In this document: one piece after another, positions 1 to 8,822 of the stretch
Layout of the letters: every line of letters begins with the position of its first letter
Position numbering within the stretch: the stretch's first letter is position 1
From: an uncultured Rhodospirillaceae bacterium
GTDB taxonomy: Bacteria > Pseudomonadota > Alphaproteobacteria > UBA9219
Direction of reading: 5' to 3'
Assembly (NCBI GenBank): GCA_964449155.1
Contig: CAYVBP010000003.1
Span: 1 to 49,367 of the forward strand
DNA length: 49,367 nt
Position numbers and translations under genes: made by a program
Notes under the pieces: generated by a model
The model's input: the letters and a program-made list of their open reading frames with translations, nothing else
Databases searched by the model: none
Told to the model about the DNA's origin: nothing

Positions 1-2076
1 CCTTAATAAGGGGACGGCGGCGTCGCGGGCGAAAAGGTATAATAGGGTGCGAAGGCCTTTGCCGCGCTCGGTTTCAAGGCGCGGGTCTTTGGCGAGGATG
101 ACGGCCGCGTCGGCGTGCGCGATGTCCAGAAGATCGCGGTCCCGCGCAAGGTCGGCCAAGCGAAAGTCGCGAAGGCCGCTTTGCCTTGTTCCGAGAAGCT
201 CGCCCGCGCCGCGAAGACGCAAGTCTTCTTCCGCGATCGCAAAGCCGTCGTCCGTCGCGCGCAGCGTTTTCAGGCGCGCTTTGGCGATCTCGTTCAAGGG
301 GGGCTGGTATACCAAAAGGCAGTGCGATTTTTCGGTTCCTCGCCCGACGCGCCCGCGCAGCTGGTGCAGTTGCGCGAGGCCAAAACGCTCGGCGTGCTCG
401 ACGATCATGACGGTCGCTTGCGGCACGTCGACGCCGACCTCGATGACGGTCGTGGCGACAAGGACTTTGAGGCGGCCTTCCTTGAAATCTTGCATCGCGG
501 CGTCTTTTTCGGCTTCTTTCATGCGGCCGTGGACAAGGCCGATTGCGTTGTCGCCAAGGGCGCTTTTCAGGAAGGCTGCGCGGTCGACGGCGTTCGCGAG
601 GTCGAGGTCTTCGGACTCTTCGACCAGAGGACAGACCCAATATATTTGAGCGCCTTCGGAGATGCGACGTTTGACCCCGCTTAGCACGTCGTCAAGGCGC
701 GCCATGTCGATGAGGCTTGTGTCGACTTTTTGGCGGCCTGCGGGCTTTTCGGTCAGGCGCGAGACGTCCATATCGCCGTAAGCTGTCAGGGTCAGCGTCC
801 GCGGAATGGGCGTGGCCGTCATCGTCAGGATATCGACGCCGCGTCCTTTGTCGGACAGAGTCAGTCGTTGGTTGACGCCGAAGCGGTGCTGTTCGTCGAT
901 GACGGCAAGGCCGAGGTCTTGGAACGCGATGTCGTCTTGGATAAGGGCATGCGTGCCGACGATCAATTTGAGCTGTCCTTTTGCCAGTGCGTCGAGCGTT
1001 TGCGCGCGACTTGTTCCGCGCCCTCGGCCGACAAGCAGTCCAATCTCGACGCCGACGGGGGAAAGAAGACGAGACAGGGTCGCATGGTGTTGCTTGGCGA
1101 GGATTTCCGTCGGGGCCATCAGGGTTGCTTGGGCCCCGGTCTCGGCGGCGTGCAGCATCGCCATCAAGGCGACGACCGTTTTCCCCGCGCCGACATCGCC
1201 TTGCAAAAGGCGCAGCATGCGTTTCGGAGCCGCCATGTCTTCCGAGATCTCGCGGATCGCCTGTTTTTGGCTGGACGTTAACGCAAAGGGCAGGGATTCT
1301 TCGAGCTTCCGCGTCAGGGTTCCTGTCGGGCGAAACGCGCGGCCACTACTGCTTTTATGGTGCGCGCGGATGATCGCAAGGCCCAGCTGGTCCGCGAGCA
1401 ACTCGTCGTAGGCAAGCCGTCTGAGATGCGCAGGGGGCGGGGCATCGGCTTCGGCGGGAAGAGGGGTGTGCGCCAAGAGGATGGCGTTTTTCCATGCCGG
1501 CCATTTTTCGCGTTTGAGCAACGCGGGGTCGATCCATTCGGGAAGATCGGGAACTTTTTCCAGAATTTGCGCAACGGTTTTGCGCAGCATTTTCCCGCCG
1601 ATACCTGCTGTTAAGGGATAGACGGGTTCATAGGGAGGAATTTCGGATGCGCGGTTTTGGGGGACGGCGTAGTCGGGATGGTTCATCACCCATAACGCTC
1701 GGTAGCGTTCGAGCAGGCCGCTGACGACGACCGTGGCGTCGGCGGGATAGAGCTTGGTCAGATAGTCTCCTTTGACGTTGAAGTATGTAAGGACAATCTG
1801 GTCGGTGTCGTCGACGGCGACAATGCGGTAGGGATGGTTTGGGCGCGAGGGGGGATTGTGCTCGACGACCTTTAGCGCCAACGTCGCGACGCGGTCTCTG
1901 TCCGCATAGCGCAATTTTGGTTTGTAGGTACGGTCGATGACGCCTGTCGGCAAGTGCCATAGAAGATCGACGGCAAGTTCGCCGCACAATTTTTTGTATA
2001 GCGCGCTCATGCGGGGGCCGACGCCTTTCAATGACGTCAGGGAGGCAAACAGGGGATAGAGGATGGGCGGACGCAT
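1..2076 (-). CDS. recG: ATP-dependent DNA helicase RecG (C-terminal end runs off the window)
   Basis: Not in the supplied ORF track. I checked every triplet of the minus-strand frame ending at 2076 and found no stop down to nt 1. Translation starts MRPPILYPLFASLTSLKGVGPRM. Walker A LLQGDVGAGKT lies at ~1171-1209 and DEQHRFGV at 871-900. The plus-strand ORFs listed over 47-1614 are GC-rich shadow ORFs. Confidence 0.9.
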   Translation of the reverse strand, partial: MRPPILYPLFASLTSLKGVGPRMSALYKKLCGELAVDLLWHLPTGVIDRTYKPKLRYADRDRVATLALKVVEHNPPSRPNHPYRIVAVDDTDQIVLTYFNVKGDYLTKLYPADATVVVSGLLERYRALWVMNHPDYAVPQNRASEIPPYEPVYPLTAGIGGKMLRKTVAQILEKVPDLPEWIDPALLKREKWPAWKNAILLAHTPLPAEADAPPPAHLRRLAYDELLADQLGLAIIRAHHKSSSGRAFRPTGTLTRKLEESLPFALTSSQKQAIREISEDMAAPKRMLRLLQGDVGAGKTVVALMAMLHAAETGAQATLMAPTEILAKQHHATLSRLLSPVGVEIGLLVGRGRGTSRAQTLDALAKGQLKLIVGTHALIQDDIAFQDLGLAVIDEQHRFGVNQRLTLSDKGRGVDILTMTATPIPRTLTLTAYGDMDVSRLTEKPAGRQKVDTSLIDMARLDDVLSGVKRRISEGAQIYWVCPLVEESEDLDLANAVDRAAFLKSALGDNAIGLVHGRMKEAEKDAAMQDFKEGRLKVLVATTVIEVGVDVPQATVMIVEHAERFGLAQLHQLRGRVGRGTEKSHCLLVYQPPLNEIAKARLKTLRATDDGFAIAEEDLRLRGAGELLGTRQSGLRDFRLADLARDRDLLDIAHADAAVILAKDPRLETERGKGLRTLLYLFARDAAVPLLR

Positions 2077-2131
2077 CTAACGGCTCAGTTAGGAATAGAT
2101 AATACCGACGGCCTTATGAAATGACCATTCC

Positions 2132-2240
2132 TCGTCATTTCTGCGAAGGCGGGGATCCAGTTTGAGTATTCGAAGAAATGCCGGAAAGGCTTGTTCTCGC
2201 GGCGATTCCAACTGGATCCCCGCCTGCGCGGGGATGACGA
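2132..2240. repeat. Palindromic intergenic repeat with two 29-nt inverted arms and a 51-nt spacer
   Basis: Arms are TCGTCATTTCTGCGAAGGCGGGGATCCAG (2132-2160) and CTGGATCCCCGCCTGCGCGGGGATGACGA (2212-2240). It lies in the recG-recF intergenic gap. Shadow ORFs across it read IPAQAGIQ, WIPAFAEMT and WIPACAGMT. Confidence 0.7.
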
Positions 2241-2350
2241 GGGGTGAGAGAGGAGGGGGCATTGTTTGGGCTTCCGGCATAAGACCAATCTCCGATCATA
2301 GTGAAGCAAGGGGGGCAATTATTCTAGCTGTGAATCGTTTGTGAGCAAAA

Positions 2351-3565
2351 TTAGGCTATTAGGCCGTTCGAAACTTCGAATGTTTGGACGGGCGCGTCGA
2401 GGGAGGCGAAGGTTTGGCGGTCGGTGCCGGTGAACCAAGCTTGCGTGTTCAGGGACAATACTTCGTCAAATAGCGCTTCGCGGCGAAGATCGTCCAGATG
2501 CGCGGCGATATCGTCCAGTAAAAAAATCGGGGGCATCGATCTTTGCCCGGATAAAAGTCGGGCATAGGCCAGCATCAGCGCGATCATCAGGGCCTTTTGT
2601 TCGCCTGTCGAGCAGAGATCCGCGGGGCAGTTCTTGGACGCATGGAAGACGACAAGATCGCTGCGGTGCGCGCCAGTGGCGCAGGTTCCCGTTCGGGCGT
2701 CTTGGTCGCGCGCGCGGAGAAACGCAGCGCGCAGGGCATCTTCGACAGGTAAGGCGGGCGTCGTTTCCAGCATGTCTTCCGCTGCGCCGCGCACTGCGAT
2801 ATCGGGACGGGGAAAGGCGTTGCCGCCGCACGCGATGGCGAGGCGCAGTCGGGCGATCATGTGCTTGCGCGTCGCGGCGATGGCGACCGCCGATTGCGCC
2901 ATTTCGTTTTCTAGCGCCGATAGCCATGCGGCGTCGCGCGCGCCTTCGCGCAAAAGACGGAGGCGTTCGCGCATCGCTTTTTCGTATATCAGAACGCGGC
3001 CTGCATGCGCGGGGTCGAAGCTGCATGCAAGGCGGTCGAGGAATTTACGCCGCGACGCCGCGCCTTCGGCAAGCAGGCGATCCATGTCGGGCGTAATCCA
3101 TGCCATGGCGACATATTCCGCCAACGCGGCTTGGCCGCGCACGGGCTTGCCGTTGATATGAATAATGCGGCGTTCGCTCTCGGTGCCGCTTGCGGACGGG
3201 TCGCGGCCCGTGCCGATGCGCAAAGGTCCTGTGCTCGTTGCCAAGTCGATGGCGACGGCCCACGGATTTGCCGACGCTCGGTTTTGAAGATCCGATAAAG
3301 CGCATCGTCGAAATCCGCGGCCAGGAACCAAGAGGCTGATCGCTTCGAGAAGGTTGGTTTTGCCGCTTCCGTTCGCGCCGGTAAGAACGACAGGGGATGC
3401 TGTTGCCCCAAGGCGCAGGCCTTCGTAGTTCCGAAAAGACGAAAGCGTGATTTGGGAGACGAAGAAGGATTCGGGATTCTGGATATGGGATTTGGGAAGA
3501 GGACTGAAAGACTGTTCCCTGAATCCCGAATCCCTTATCCTGAAGCCTCCCTTAACCACCGGCAT
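2351..3565 (-). CDS. recF: DNA replication and repair protein RecF, with a ~36-aa N-terminal extension (start uncertain)
   Basis: Canonical N-terminal motif ITLSSFRNYEGLRL, P-loop LTGANGSGKTNLLEAI and signature STGEQKALMIALMLA. The only ATG/GTG/TTG starts upstream of the conserved N-terminus are ATG 3565 and GTG 3559. Confidence 0.85.
   Translation of the reverse strand: MPVVKGGFRIRDSGFREQSFSPLPKSHIQNPESFFVSQITLSSFRNYEGLRLGATASPVVLTGANGSGKTNLLEAISLLVPGRGFRRCALSDLQNRASANPWAVAIDLATSTGPLRIGTGRDPSASGTESERRIIHINGKPVRGQAALAEYVAMAWITPDMDRLLAEGAASRRKFLDRLACSFDPAHAGRVLIYEKAMRERLRLLREGARDAAWLSALENEMAQSAVAIAATRKHMIARLRLAIACGGNAFPRPDIAVRGAAEDMLETTPALPVEDALRAAFLRARDQDARTGTCATGAHRSDLVVFHASKNCPADLCSTGEQKALMIALMLAYARLLSGQRSMPPIFLLDDIAAHLDDLRREALFDEVLSLNTQAWFTGTDRQTFASLDAPVQTFEVSNGLIA
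3467..3533. repeat. Perfect 13-bp inverted repeat (41-nt spacer) inside the recF 5' extension
   Basis: GGATTCGGGATTC at 3467-3479 and GAATCCCGAATCC at 3521-3533 are exact reverse complements. Confidence 0.6.
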
Positions 3566-4019
3566 AGTTTATCATTCCGGTCCAGAAACGCTCGAGCTTG
3601 CGCAAAATTTCGCAGGCACTCGTTACTTCCTCTTGAGAGATTTTTGCGTTTGCCAAGGCGACGGATTGGCGGTCGAGGCTTTGGCTGATGTTTTTATGAA
3701 GCTCCAGCCCCTTGGGCGACAGCTTGATGCGGACCGACCGGCGATCGTGCGGCGAGCGCTCTTGGATAAGATACTGATTCTCGACCATCTTTTTGACGTT
3801 GTACGATACGTTCGAGCCTAAGTAATAGCCGCGGGCCGTTAGTTCGCCTATCGTCATTTCATCGACGCCGATGTTGTAGAGGATCAGCGCTTGGACGTTG
3901 TTGATGTCTTGGATTCCCGCACGGTCAAGATCCGTCTTGATGACTTCCAGAAAATGACGGTGAACGCGTTCGATTAAAAGAACGACTTCGTAGTAAGCCT
4001 GTCGCACGGCAATCTCCAT
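3552..4019 (-). CDS. MarR-family winged-helix transcriptional regulator
   Basis: 155 aa of MarR-like size and pattern (MTIGELTARGYYLGSNVSYNVKKMVENQYLIQERSPHDRRSVRIKLSPKG). Divergent from hppA. Its 3' end overlaps the recF start by 14 nt. Paralog of 39816-40304. Confidence 0.75.
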   Translation of the reverse strand: MEIAVRQAYYEVVLLIERVHRHFLEVIKTDLDRAGIQDINNVQALILYNIGVDEMTIGELTARGYYLGSNVSYNVKKMVENQYLIQERSPHDRRSVRIKLSPKGLELHKNISQSLDRQSVALANAKISQEEVTSACEILRKLERFWTGMINYAGG

Positions 4020-4236
4020 GTTGGATAAAAACCAACCGCTTCTATTGATTAGATCGGGCCGGACCGCGTAGCATATCGTTATTAGTATTGAGTTTATGTT
4101 AAAAAATCAACCTCGGGCCTTCTTTATTGCGGAAAAAGGCCCCCTCTTGCATTCCGAGGCGCGTTCGGGCATCCTGCCCGACGATCTTAGGCCGAAACAA
4201 TCCGGCTAATCTTAACCAAACGACGAGGTCTGACCG

Positions 4237-6336
4237 ATGAATAGCGCGTTCTTAATTATCTTTGGCTGTGGCTTTTTAGCCTTACTTTACGGATTGTTAA
4301 CAGCGCGTTCGGTTTTGTCGGCCCCTGCGGGGTCGGCCCGGATGCAGGAAATTGCGTCTGCCATTCAGGAAGGCGCTAAGGCATACCTGAACCGTCAATA
4401 TTTGACCGTTGCCGTTGTCGGTCTTGTTATTTGCGCCATTTTGGGCGCTTTTTTAGGCGCTCCCGTCGCGATCGGTTTTATCATCGGCGCGGTTCTATCG
4501 GGTATCGCGGGCTATGTCGGTATGAACGTCTCGGTTCGCGCCAACGTTCGCACGACCGCTGCGGCAAGCAAGGGGTTGGAACCTGCGCTTGGCATCGCGT
4601 TCAAGGCGGGGGCGGTGACGGGGTTGCTCGTTGTCGGTCTAGGCCTTCTGGGCGTCGGCGGATATTATTATGAACTGCTGCAATGGAAGGGCATCGAGGA
4701 CGAGGCGTCCCTGCGGACCGTTATCGAAGCCTTGGTTGCCTTGAGCTTTGGCGCGTCGCTGATTTCGATTTTCGCGCGCTTGGGCGGCGGCATCTTTACG
4801 AAGGGCGCCGATGTCGGTGCCGATCTGGTCGGTAAGGTCGAAGCCGGCATTCCAGAAGACGATCCGCGTAACCCCGCCGTGATTGCCGACAACGTCGGCG
4901 ACAACGTCGGCGACTGCGCGGGCATGGCGGCGGATCTTTTTGAAACCTATGCTGTGACTAACGTTGCGACGATGCTTCTTGCCGCGACATTCTTTACCGG
5001 CGAGGCGCGAGCCACCATGATGCTTCTGCCGCTTTTGATTTGCGGCGCATGCATTCTGGCTTCGATTGTCGGCGCGTTCTTTGTCCGTTTGGGCAAGAGC
5101 AAGAACATTATGGGCGCTTTGTACAAGGGGTTGATCGCGACGGGCGTTATCTCGGCGTGCTTGATCGCTTCGCTCGTTAAGAACGTTCTGGGCTTCGATA
5201 CTTCGTTCGTCATGCAAGACGGCGGCGCGATCACGGGCATGAGCGTCTTCTATTGCGCGATGATCGGCCTTGCCGTCACGGCGTTGATGGTGTGGATTAC
5301 CGAATACTACACCTCGACGGCGTACCGTCCCGTTAAGAGCATCGCGGCGGCTTCCGCGAACGGCCACGGCACGAACGTCATTCAGGGCCTTGCCATTTCG
5401 ATGGAATCGACAGCTCTTCCGGTCATTGTCATTTGTGTTGGCATCGTTGCCTCTTATACTTGCGCGGGCCTGTTCGGCATTGCGCTGGCGGCTACGACGA
5501 TGTTGGCTTTGGCGGGCATGGTCGTTGCCATCGACGCGTTCGGTCCTGTGACCGATAACGCTGGCGGCATTGCCGAAATGGCTGAGCTTCCGAAGGGCGT
5601 GCGTACGATTACCGATGCGCTCGATGCGGTTGGCAACACGACGAAGGCCGTCACAAAGGGCTACGCGATTGCGTCGGCCGGGTTGGCGTCCTTGGTTCTG
5701 TTTGCGGCCTACATTCAGGACTTGCATCACTACTTCCCGTCTGTCGACGTCAAGTTCGATTTGCAAAGCCCGTATGTGGTGGTCGGTCTGTTCATTGGCG
5801 GCCTTTTGCCCTATCTGTTTGGCGCGTTGGCCATGACGGCCGTCGGTCGCGCGGCTGGCGCTGTTGTGCAGGAAGTGCGTCGCCAGTTCCGCGAAATCAA
5901 GGGCATCATGCAAGGAAAGGCCAAGCCGGAATACGGCCGCGCCGTCGACATGCTGACCAAGGCCGCGATTCGCGAAATGATCGTTCCGTCGTTGCTGCCG
6001 GTTGCGGCACCTGTCGTGCTGTACTTTGCCGTTAGGTTCTTTGCGGGACAGGCTCAGGCTTTTTCGGCTTTGGGCGCGATGCTTTTGGGAACCATTGTTA
6101 CGGGGCTGTTCGTTGCCATCTCGATGACATCGGGCGGCGGCGCGTGGGACAATGCGAAGAAGTATATCGAAGTGGGCAACCACGGCGGCAAAGGTTCCGA
6201 AGCGCATAAGGCTGCCGTTACGGGCGATACCGTCGGCGATCCGTACAAAGATACGGCCGGTCCCGCGATAAACCCGATGATTAAGATCATCAATATCGTG
6301 GCGATTTTGCTTTTGGCGGTCTTGGCTTCGGCTTAA
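4237..6336 (+). CDS. hppA: Membrane-bound proton-translocating pyrophosphatase (H+-PPase)
   Basis: 699-aa polytopic protein with [39 protein letters not shown] and [13 protein letters not shown]. The [13 protein letters not shown] Lys/Thr variant is the form associated with K+-independent enzymes. Confidence 0.95.
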   Translation: MNSAFLIIFGCGFLALLYGLLTARSVLSAPAGSARMQEIASAIQEGAKAYLNRQYLTVAVVGLVICAILGAFLGAPVAIGFIIGAVLSGIAGYVGMNVSVRANVRTTAAASKGLEPALGIAFKAGAVTGLLVVGLGLLGVGGYYYELLQWKGIEDEASLRTVIEALVALSFGASLISIFARLGGGIFTKGADVGADLVGKVEAGIPEDDPRNPAVIADNVGDNVGDCAGMAADLFETYAVTNVATMLLAATFFTGEARATMMLLPLLICGACILASIVGAFFVRLGKSKNIMGALYKGLIATGVISACLIASLVKNVLGFDTSFVMQDGGAITGMSVFYCAMIGLAVTALMVWITEYYTSTAYRPVKSIAAASANGHGTNVIQGLAISMESTALPVIVICVGIVASYTCAGLFGIALAATTMLALAGMVVAIDAFGPVTDNAGGIAEMAELPKGVRTITDALDAVGNTTKAVTKGYAIASAGLASLVLFAAYIQDLHHYFPSVDVKFDLQSPYVVVGLFIGGLLPYLFGALAMTAVGRAAGAVVQEVRRQFREIKGIMQGKAKPEYGRAVDMLTKAAIREMIVPSLLPVAAPVVLYFAVRFFAGQAQAFSALGAMLLGTIVTGLFVAISMTSGGGAWDNAKKYIEVGNHGGKGSEAHKAAVTGDTVGDPYKDTAGPAINPMIKIINIVAILLLAVLASA

Positions 6337-6360
6337 AAGGCAGAGGTTGGATGAGAAAGG

Positions 6361-6389
6361 AAGCCCCGCCTTATGGCGGGGCTTTTTTT
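6361..6389 (+). terminator. Rho-independent terminator of hppA
   Basis: 10-bp GC-rich stem AAGCCCCGCC / GGCGGGGCTT with loop TTAT, followed by a T-run. It lies 25 nt after the hppA stop. Confidence 0.75.
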
Positions 6390-6423
6390 GAGGATTGATA
6401 GGTAGATCCAAAATAAAACGATT

Positions 6424-6596
6424 GTGATACCGATTCTGGACCAAAGTGAATTGATACCAATCCCGGATCAGAGTGAATCGAAAGGGCACGGGGGACACAA
6501 TAAAAATGCCGGAAAAGGCGGTATGGAACGGGTAACGGCGGTTCGGGCATTTTTATTGTGTCCCCATCGATTCACTCTGATCCGGGATTGGTATCA
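6424..6596. repeat. MITE-like nested-palindrome element, copy 1 (145-bp element at 6452-6596 plus a degenerate extra half-arm at 6424-6450)
   Basis: Outer 30-bp inverted arms TGATACCAATCCCGGATCAGAGTGAATCGA lie at 6452-6481 / 6567-6596. An inner perfect 20-bp inverted repeat GGGGACACAATAAAAATGCC lies at 6491-6510 / 6546-6565, with a 35-nt core. Homologous copies occur at 17101, 21148 and 49337. Confidence 0.85.
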
Positions 6597-6630
6597 ATTT
6601 TGCGCTTTTCGCTATGAGGAATTGAAGGTT

Positions 6631-7329
6631 ATGACGACGATGAACGATTTTGGGAGATCTCCTCGCCGTTTGTTTGGGCGCCGGAAGGGACGACCTTTGC
6701 ATCGGCGCAAGCAAGCGCTCGTTCAGGACTTGTTGCCTAAAGTGCGGATAACCATGCCGGGAGGTTCTTGCGTCGCGCCGCACGCGTTTTTCGAGGGCGG
6801 CAGGGCGCAGGATTTTATCGCGATTGAAATCGGGTTCGGCGGCGGCGAACATCTTGCCGCGCAGGCCTTTCGGCGGCCGGAGGCGCGGTTTATCGGGTGC
6901 GAGCCTTTTTTGAACGGCATTGCAAGCCTTCTTGAGCATATCGACGACAAAAAGATCGAGAATGTCCGCATCCATGATGACGATGCGCGGATTTTACTAG
7001 ATGCGTTGGCGGACGCGTCGGTTGACGAATGCTTTGTTTTGTTTCCCGATCCTTGGCCGAAAAAACGCCATATCGAACGGCGCTTTATCGGACCGGAAAA
7101 TCTTGAGCGTCTTGCGCGCGTTTTGAAGCCTGGGGGGCTGTTGCGCGTTGCCTCGGACCATGCGCAGCTGGTGGCGTGGATGCGCGAATGCCTCGACGCT
7201 TCTCCGGCGTTCGTTTGCGGATATGCGAGCGGCGAGCCTCCGCCGGATTGGGTGCCGACGCGGTATCAGGAAAAAGCAGTCGCAGCCGGTCGGCCGCCGT
7301 TCTTTATGGACTATCGGAGGAAAAAATAG
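6631..7329 (+). CDS. trmB: tRNA (guanine-N7)-methyltransferase
   Basis: FPDPWPKKRH motif and EIGFGGGEHL SAM-binding motif. The track ORF starts at 6424, but those codons translate the repeat element. ATG 6631 is preceded by GAGGA...AAGG. Confidence 0.85.
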   Translation: MTTMNDFGRSPRRLFGRRKGRPLHRRKQALVQDLLPKVRITMPGGSCVAPHAFFEGGRAQDFIAIEIGFGGGEHLAAQAFRRPEARFIGCEPFLNGIASLLEHIDDKKIENVRIHDDDARILLDALADASVDECFVLFPDPWPKKRHIERRFIGPENLERLARVLKPGGLLRVASDHAQLVAWMRECLDASPAFVCGYASGEPPPDWVPTRYQEKAVAAGRPPFFMDYRRKK

Positions 7330-8041
7330 ACCAGCCTTGGGGGGTGAGGCGCTCCAAGGGCTTGAAGCGCGATTTGTAGGACATTTTTCGCGAGTTCTCG
7401 ATCCAGTAGCCGAGATAAACGTATGGGAGATTTTGGCTTCGCGCAGCATCGATTAGCGACAGGACCAAGGCCATGCCGAGGCTGCGCTTCGGCTCGGATG
7501 GGTCGAAGAAGCTGTAAACCGCCGAAAATCCGTCGCCGACAAAATCGGCGATCAGGCAGCCCTTGAGAGTGTTTTGAGTGTCGCGTAGGCAATAGAGCCT
7601 TGTGTCGGCATCGTCGTTCGATACCATCGCGGAAAACTCGGCTTCGGTCATCGCGGCCATGTCGCTGTTCTTGTGGCGGGCGTTGAGATAGGCGTTAAAT
7701 AACGCAAAGCCGTCGGCCGTCGCTTGGGGCGGGAGGCTGTCTAAATGCAGATCGCGATTCGTTGCGGTTACGCGTTTCAGCGACCGCGACGGGGAAAAAA
7801 AACGAACGGGGATGCGCACGGGGACGCAGGCCGCGCATGCCTCGCACGCCGGGCGGTAGAGGATGTCATGGCTGCGGCGAAAGCCTGCGCGACAAAGAAG
7901 ATGGCATGTGTCTGCGCGCATTTCCTGCGGGGCGTCATTGAGGCTTGTGAACAGCTTTCGTTCCATTTGCCCCTCAAGATAGGGGCAGGGCATGGGCGGC
8001 GACAGGAAGTAGCGAAGATCGAAGAGAAATTCGGGCGGCAT
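7304..8041 (-). CDS. bpt: Arginyl/leucyl-tRNA--protein transferase family (Bpt-like aspartate/glutamate leucyltransferase)
   Basis: 245 aa with N-terminal CPYLEG motif, FRRS and YVYLGYWI motifs typical of the ATE/Bpt family. Its 3' end overlaps the trmB 3' end convergently by 26 nt. Confidence 0.8.
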   Translation of the reverse strand: MPPEFLFDLRYFLSPPMPCPYLEGQMERKLFTSLNDAPQEMRADTCHLLCRAGFRRSHDILYRPACEACAACVPVRIPVRFFSPSRSLKRVTATNRDLHLDSLPPQATADGFALFNAYLNARHKNSDMAAMTEAEFSAMVSNDDADTRLYCLRDTQNTLKGCLIADFVGDGFSAVYSFFDPSEPKRSLGMALVLSLIDAARSQNLPYVYLGYWIENSRKMSYKSRFKPLERLTPQGWSIFSSDSP

Positions 8042-8047
8042 GCAGGG

Positions 8048-8809
8048 TTATCGCGACAGGAACATAAGGATGGCGCGCGATACTTCCGTTGGTTTTGTAT
8101 AGTCAACGCGCGGGTGGCGGAACGGGACCCACTGGAAACGCGTATACCATAACGTTCCTTGATGCGGGGGACGCGCGTAGTCATAGGTGGCGACGGGGCG
8201 GTAGCTTTCCTGTTCGACGCCTATCGAGGAAAGATTGGACTGTTCCGACGCATAGAGGCGCAAGGCGGCGTGCTTGGCTCGTTGTTCGTCCGGCGATAAG
8301 GGGACGATGCGCGTCGTTTCGTCGGGCGCGATAAATTTTTGCGATTGAACCCGGCCGCCGAAAAAATTGTATTCGGCGAATTCAAGGACGCTGACCCTTG
8401 TTTTAAATTTAAAGCCGATGGCGTTCAGGGCGTCGTGGTCGGGGTTTCCGCCTTCATAGGCCGGGACCCAAATTTGATCCGGGCGGTAGGCGCGGAACGC
8501 CGTTTCGACTTCTTCGCATACGGCCGGGAGTTCTTGCCACAGGGCGCGCGCTGGGCGCGTGCCCCAGCCTACCGGGAGAATACCGAGCGCGGTCGCGGCG
8601 TTTTCGGCTTCTGTCCGGCGGCGCGTGACGTTTTTGCCGTATCGGCTTCGCTGCCACGGCCACAGGGTTTCCCGGGCTATACATCCGTTCGTTAAATATA
8701 AAGCGGAGACGGCGGCTCCGTCGTCGCGCGCGCGTTTGATCGATGCCGCGCAGGCGACGACTTCGTCGTCTGGGTGAGCGACCAAAATAAGGATGCGTTT
8801 GCCGAACAT
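8048..8809 (-). CDS. PIG-L/LmbE-family N-acetylglucosaminyl deacetylase
   Basis: ILILVAHPDDEVV and GGNPDHD metal-site motifs. I prefer ATG 8809 (MFGKRILILV), which has AAGGAG 8 nt upstream, over the longer track ORF. Confidence 0.8.
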   Translation of the reverse strand: MFGKRILILVAHPDDEVVACAASIKRARDDGAAVSALYLTNGCIARETLWPWQRSRYGKNVTRRRTEAENAATALGILPVGWGTRPARALWQELPAVCEEVETAFRAYRPDQIWVPAYEGGNPDHDALNAIGFKFKTRVSVLEFAEYNFFGGRVQSQKFIAPDETTRIVPLSPDEQRAKHAALRLYASEQSNLSSIGVEQESYRPVATYDYARPPHQGTLWYTRFQWVPFRHPRVDYTKPTEVSRAILMFLSR

Positions 8810-8822
8810 GATTATTTCTCCT

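Noticed and set aside
47-1614. Multiple overlapping plus-strand ORFs (200, 189, 183 and 201 aa, among others) at the left end.
   Set aside because: All are shadow ORFs over recG. The minus-strand recG frame is uninterrupted and carries the Walker A and DEQH helicase motifs.
2085-2344. Three small ORFs (60-77 aa) in the recG-recF gap.
   Set aside because: They are read across the palindromic repeat arms in different frames (IPAQAGIQ / WIPAFAEMT / WIPACAGMT). These are repeat-derived pseudo-peptides.
4020-4236. Possible MarR operator or structured leader in the MarR-hppA divergent region.
   Set aside because: I found only weak direct similarity (AAAAACCAACC / AAAAAATCAACC) and short hairpins. 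There is no convincing palindrome I could defend without comparative data.
4639-6498. A 619-aa ORF antisense to hppA.
   Set aside because: Its composition is Arg/Ala/Gly/His-rich and typical of a shadow frame opposite a GC-rich, strongly codon-biased gene. hppA on the plus strand has unmistakable H+-PPase motifs along its whole length.
6424-6630. The N-terminal 69 codons of the track's trmB ORF, together with small ORFs 17122-17328 and 21058-21261, all sharing GHNKNA-like peptides.
   Set aside because: The shared peptide is simply the translation of the MITE-like repeat core (GGGGACACAATAAAAAT). The similarity is at the DNA-repeat level and is not a protein family.
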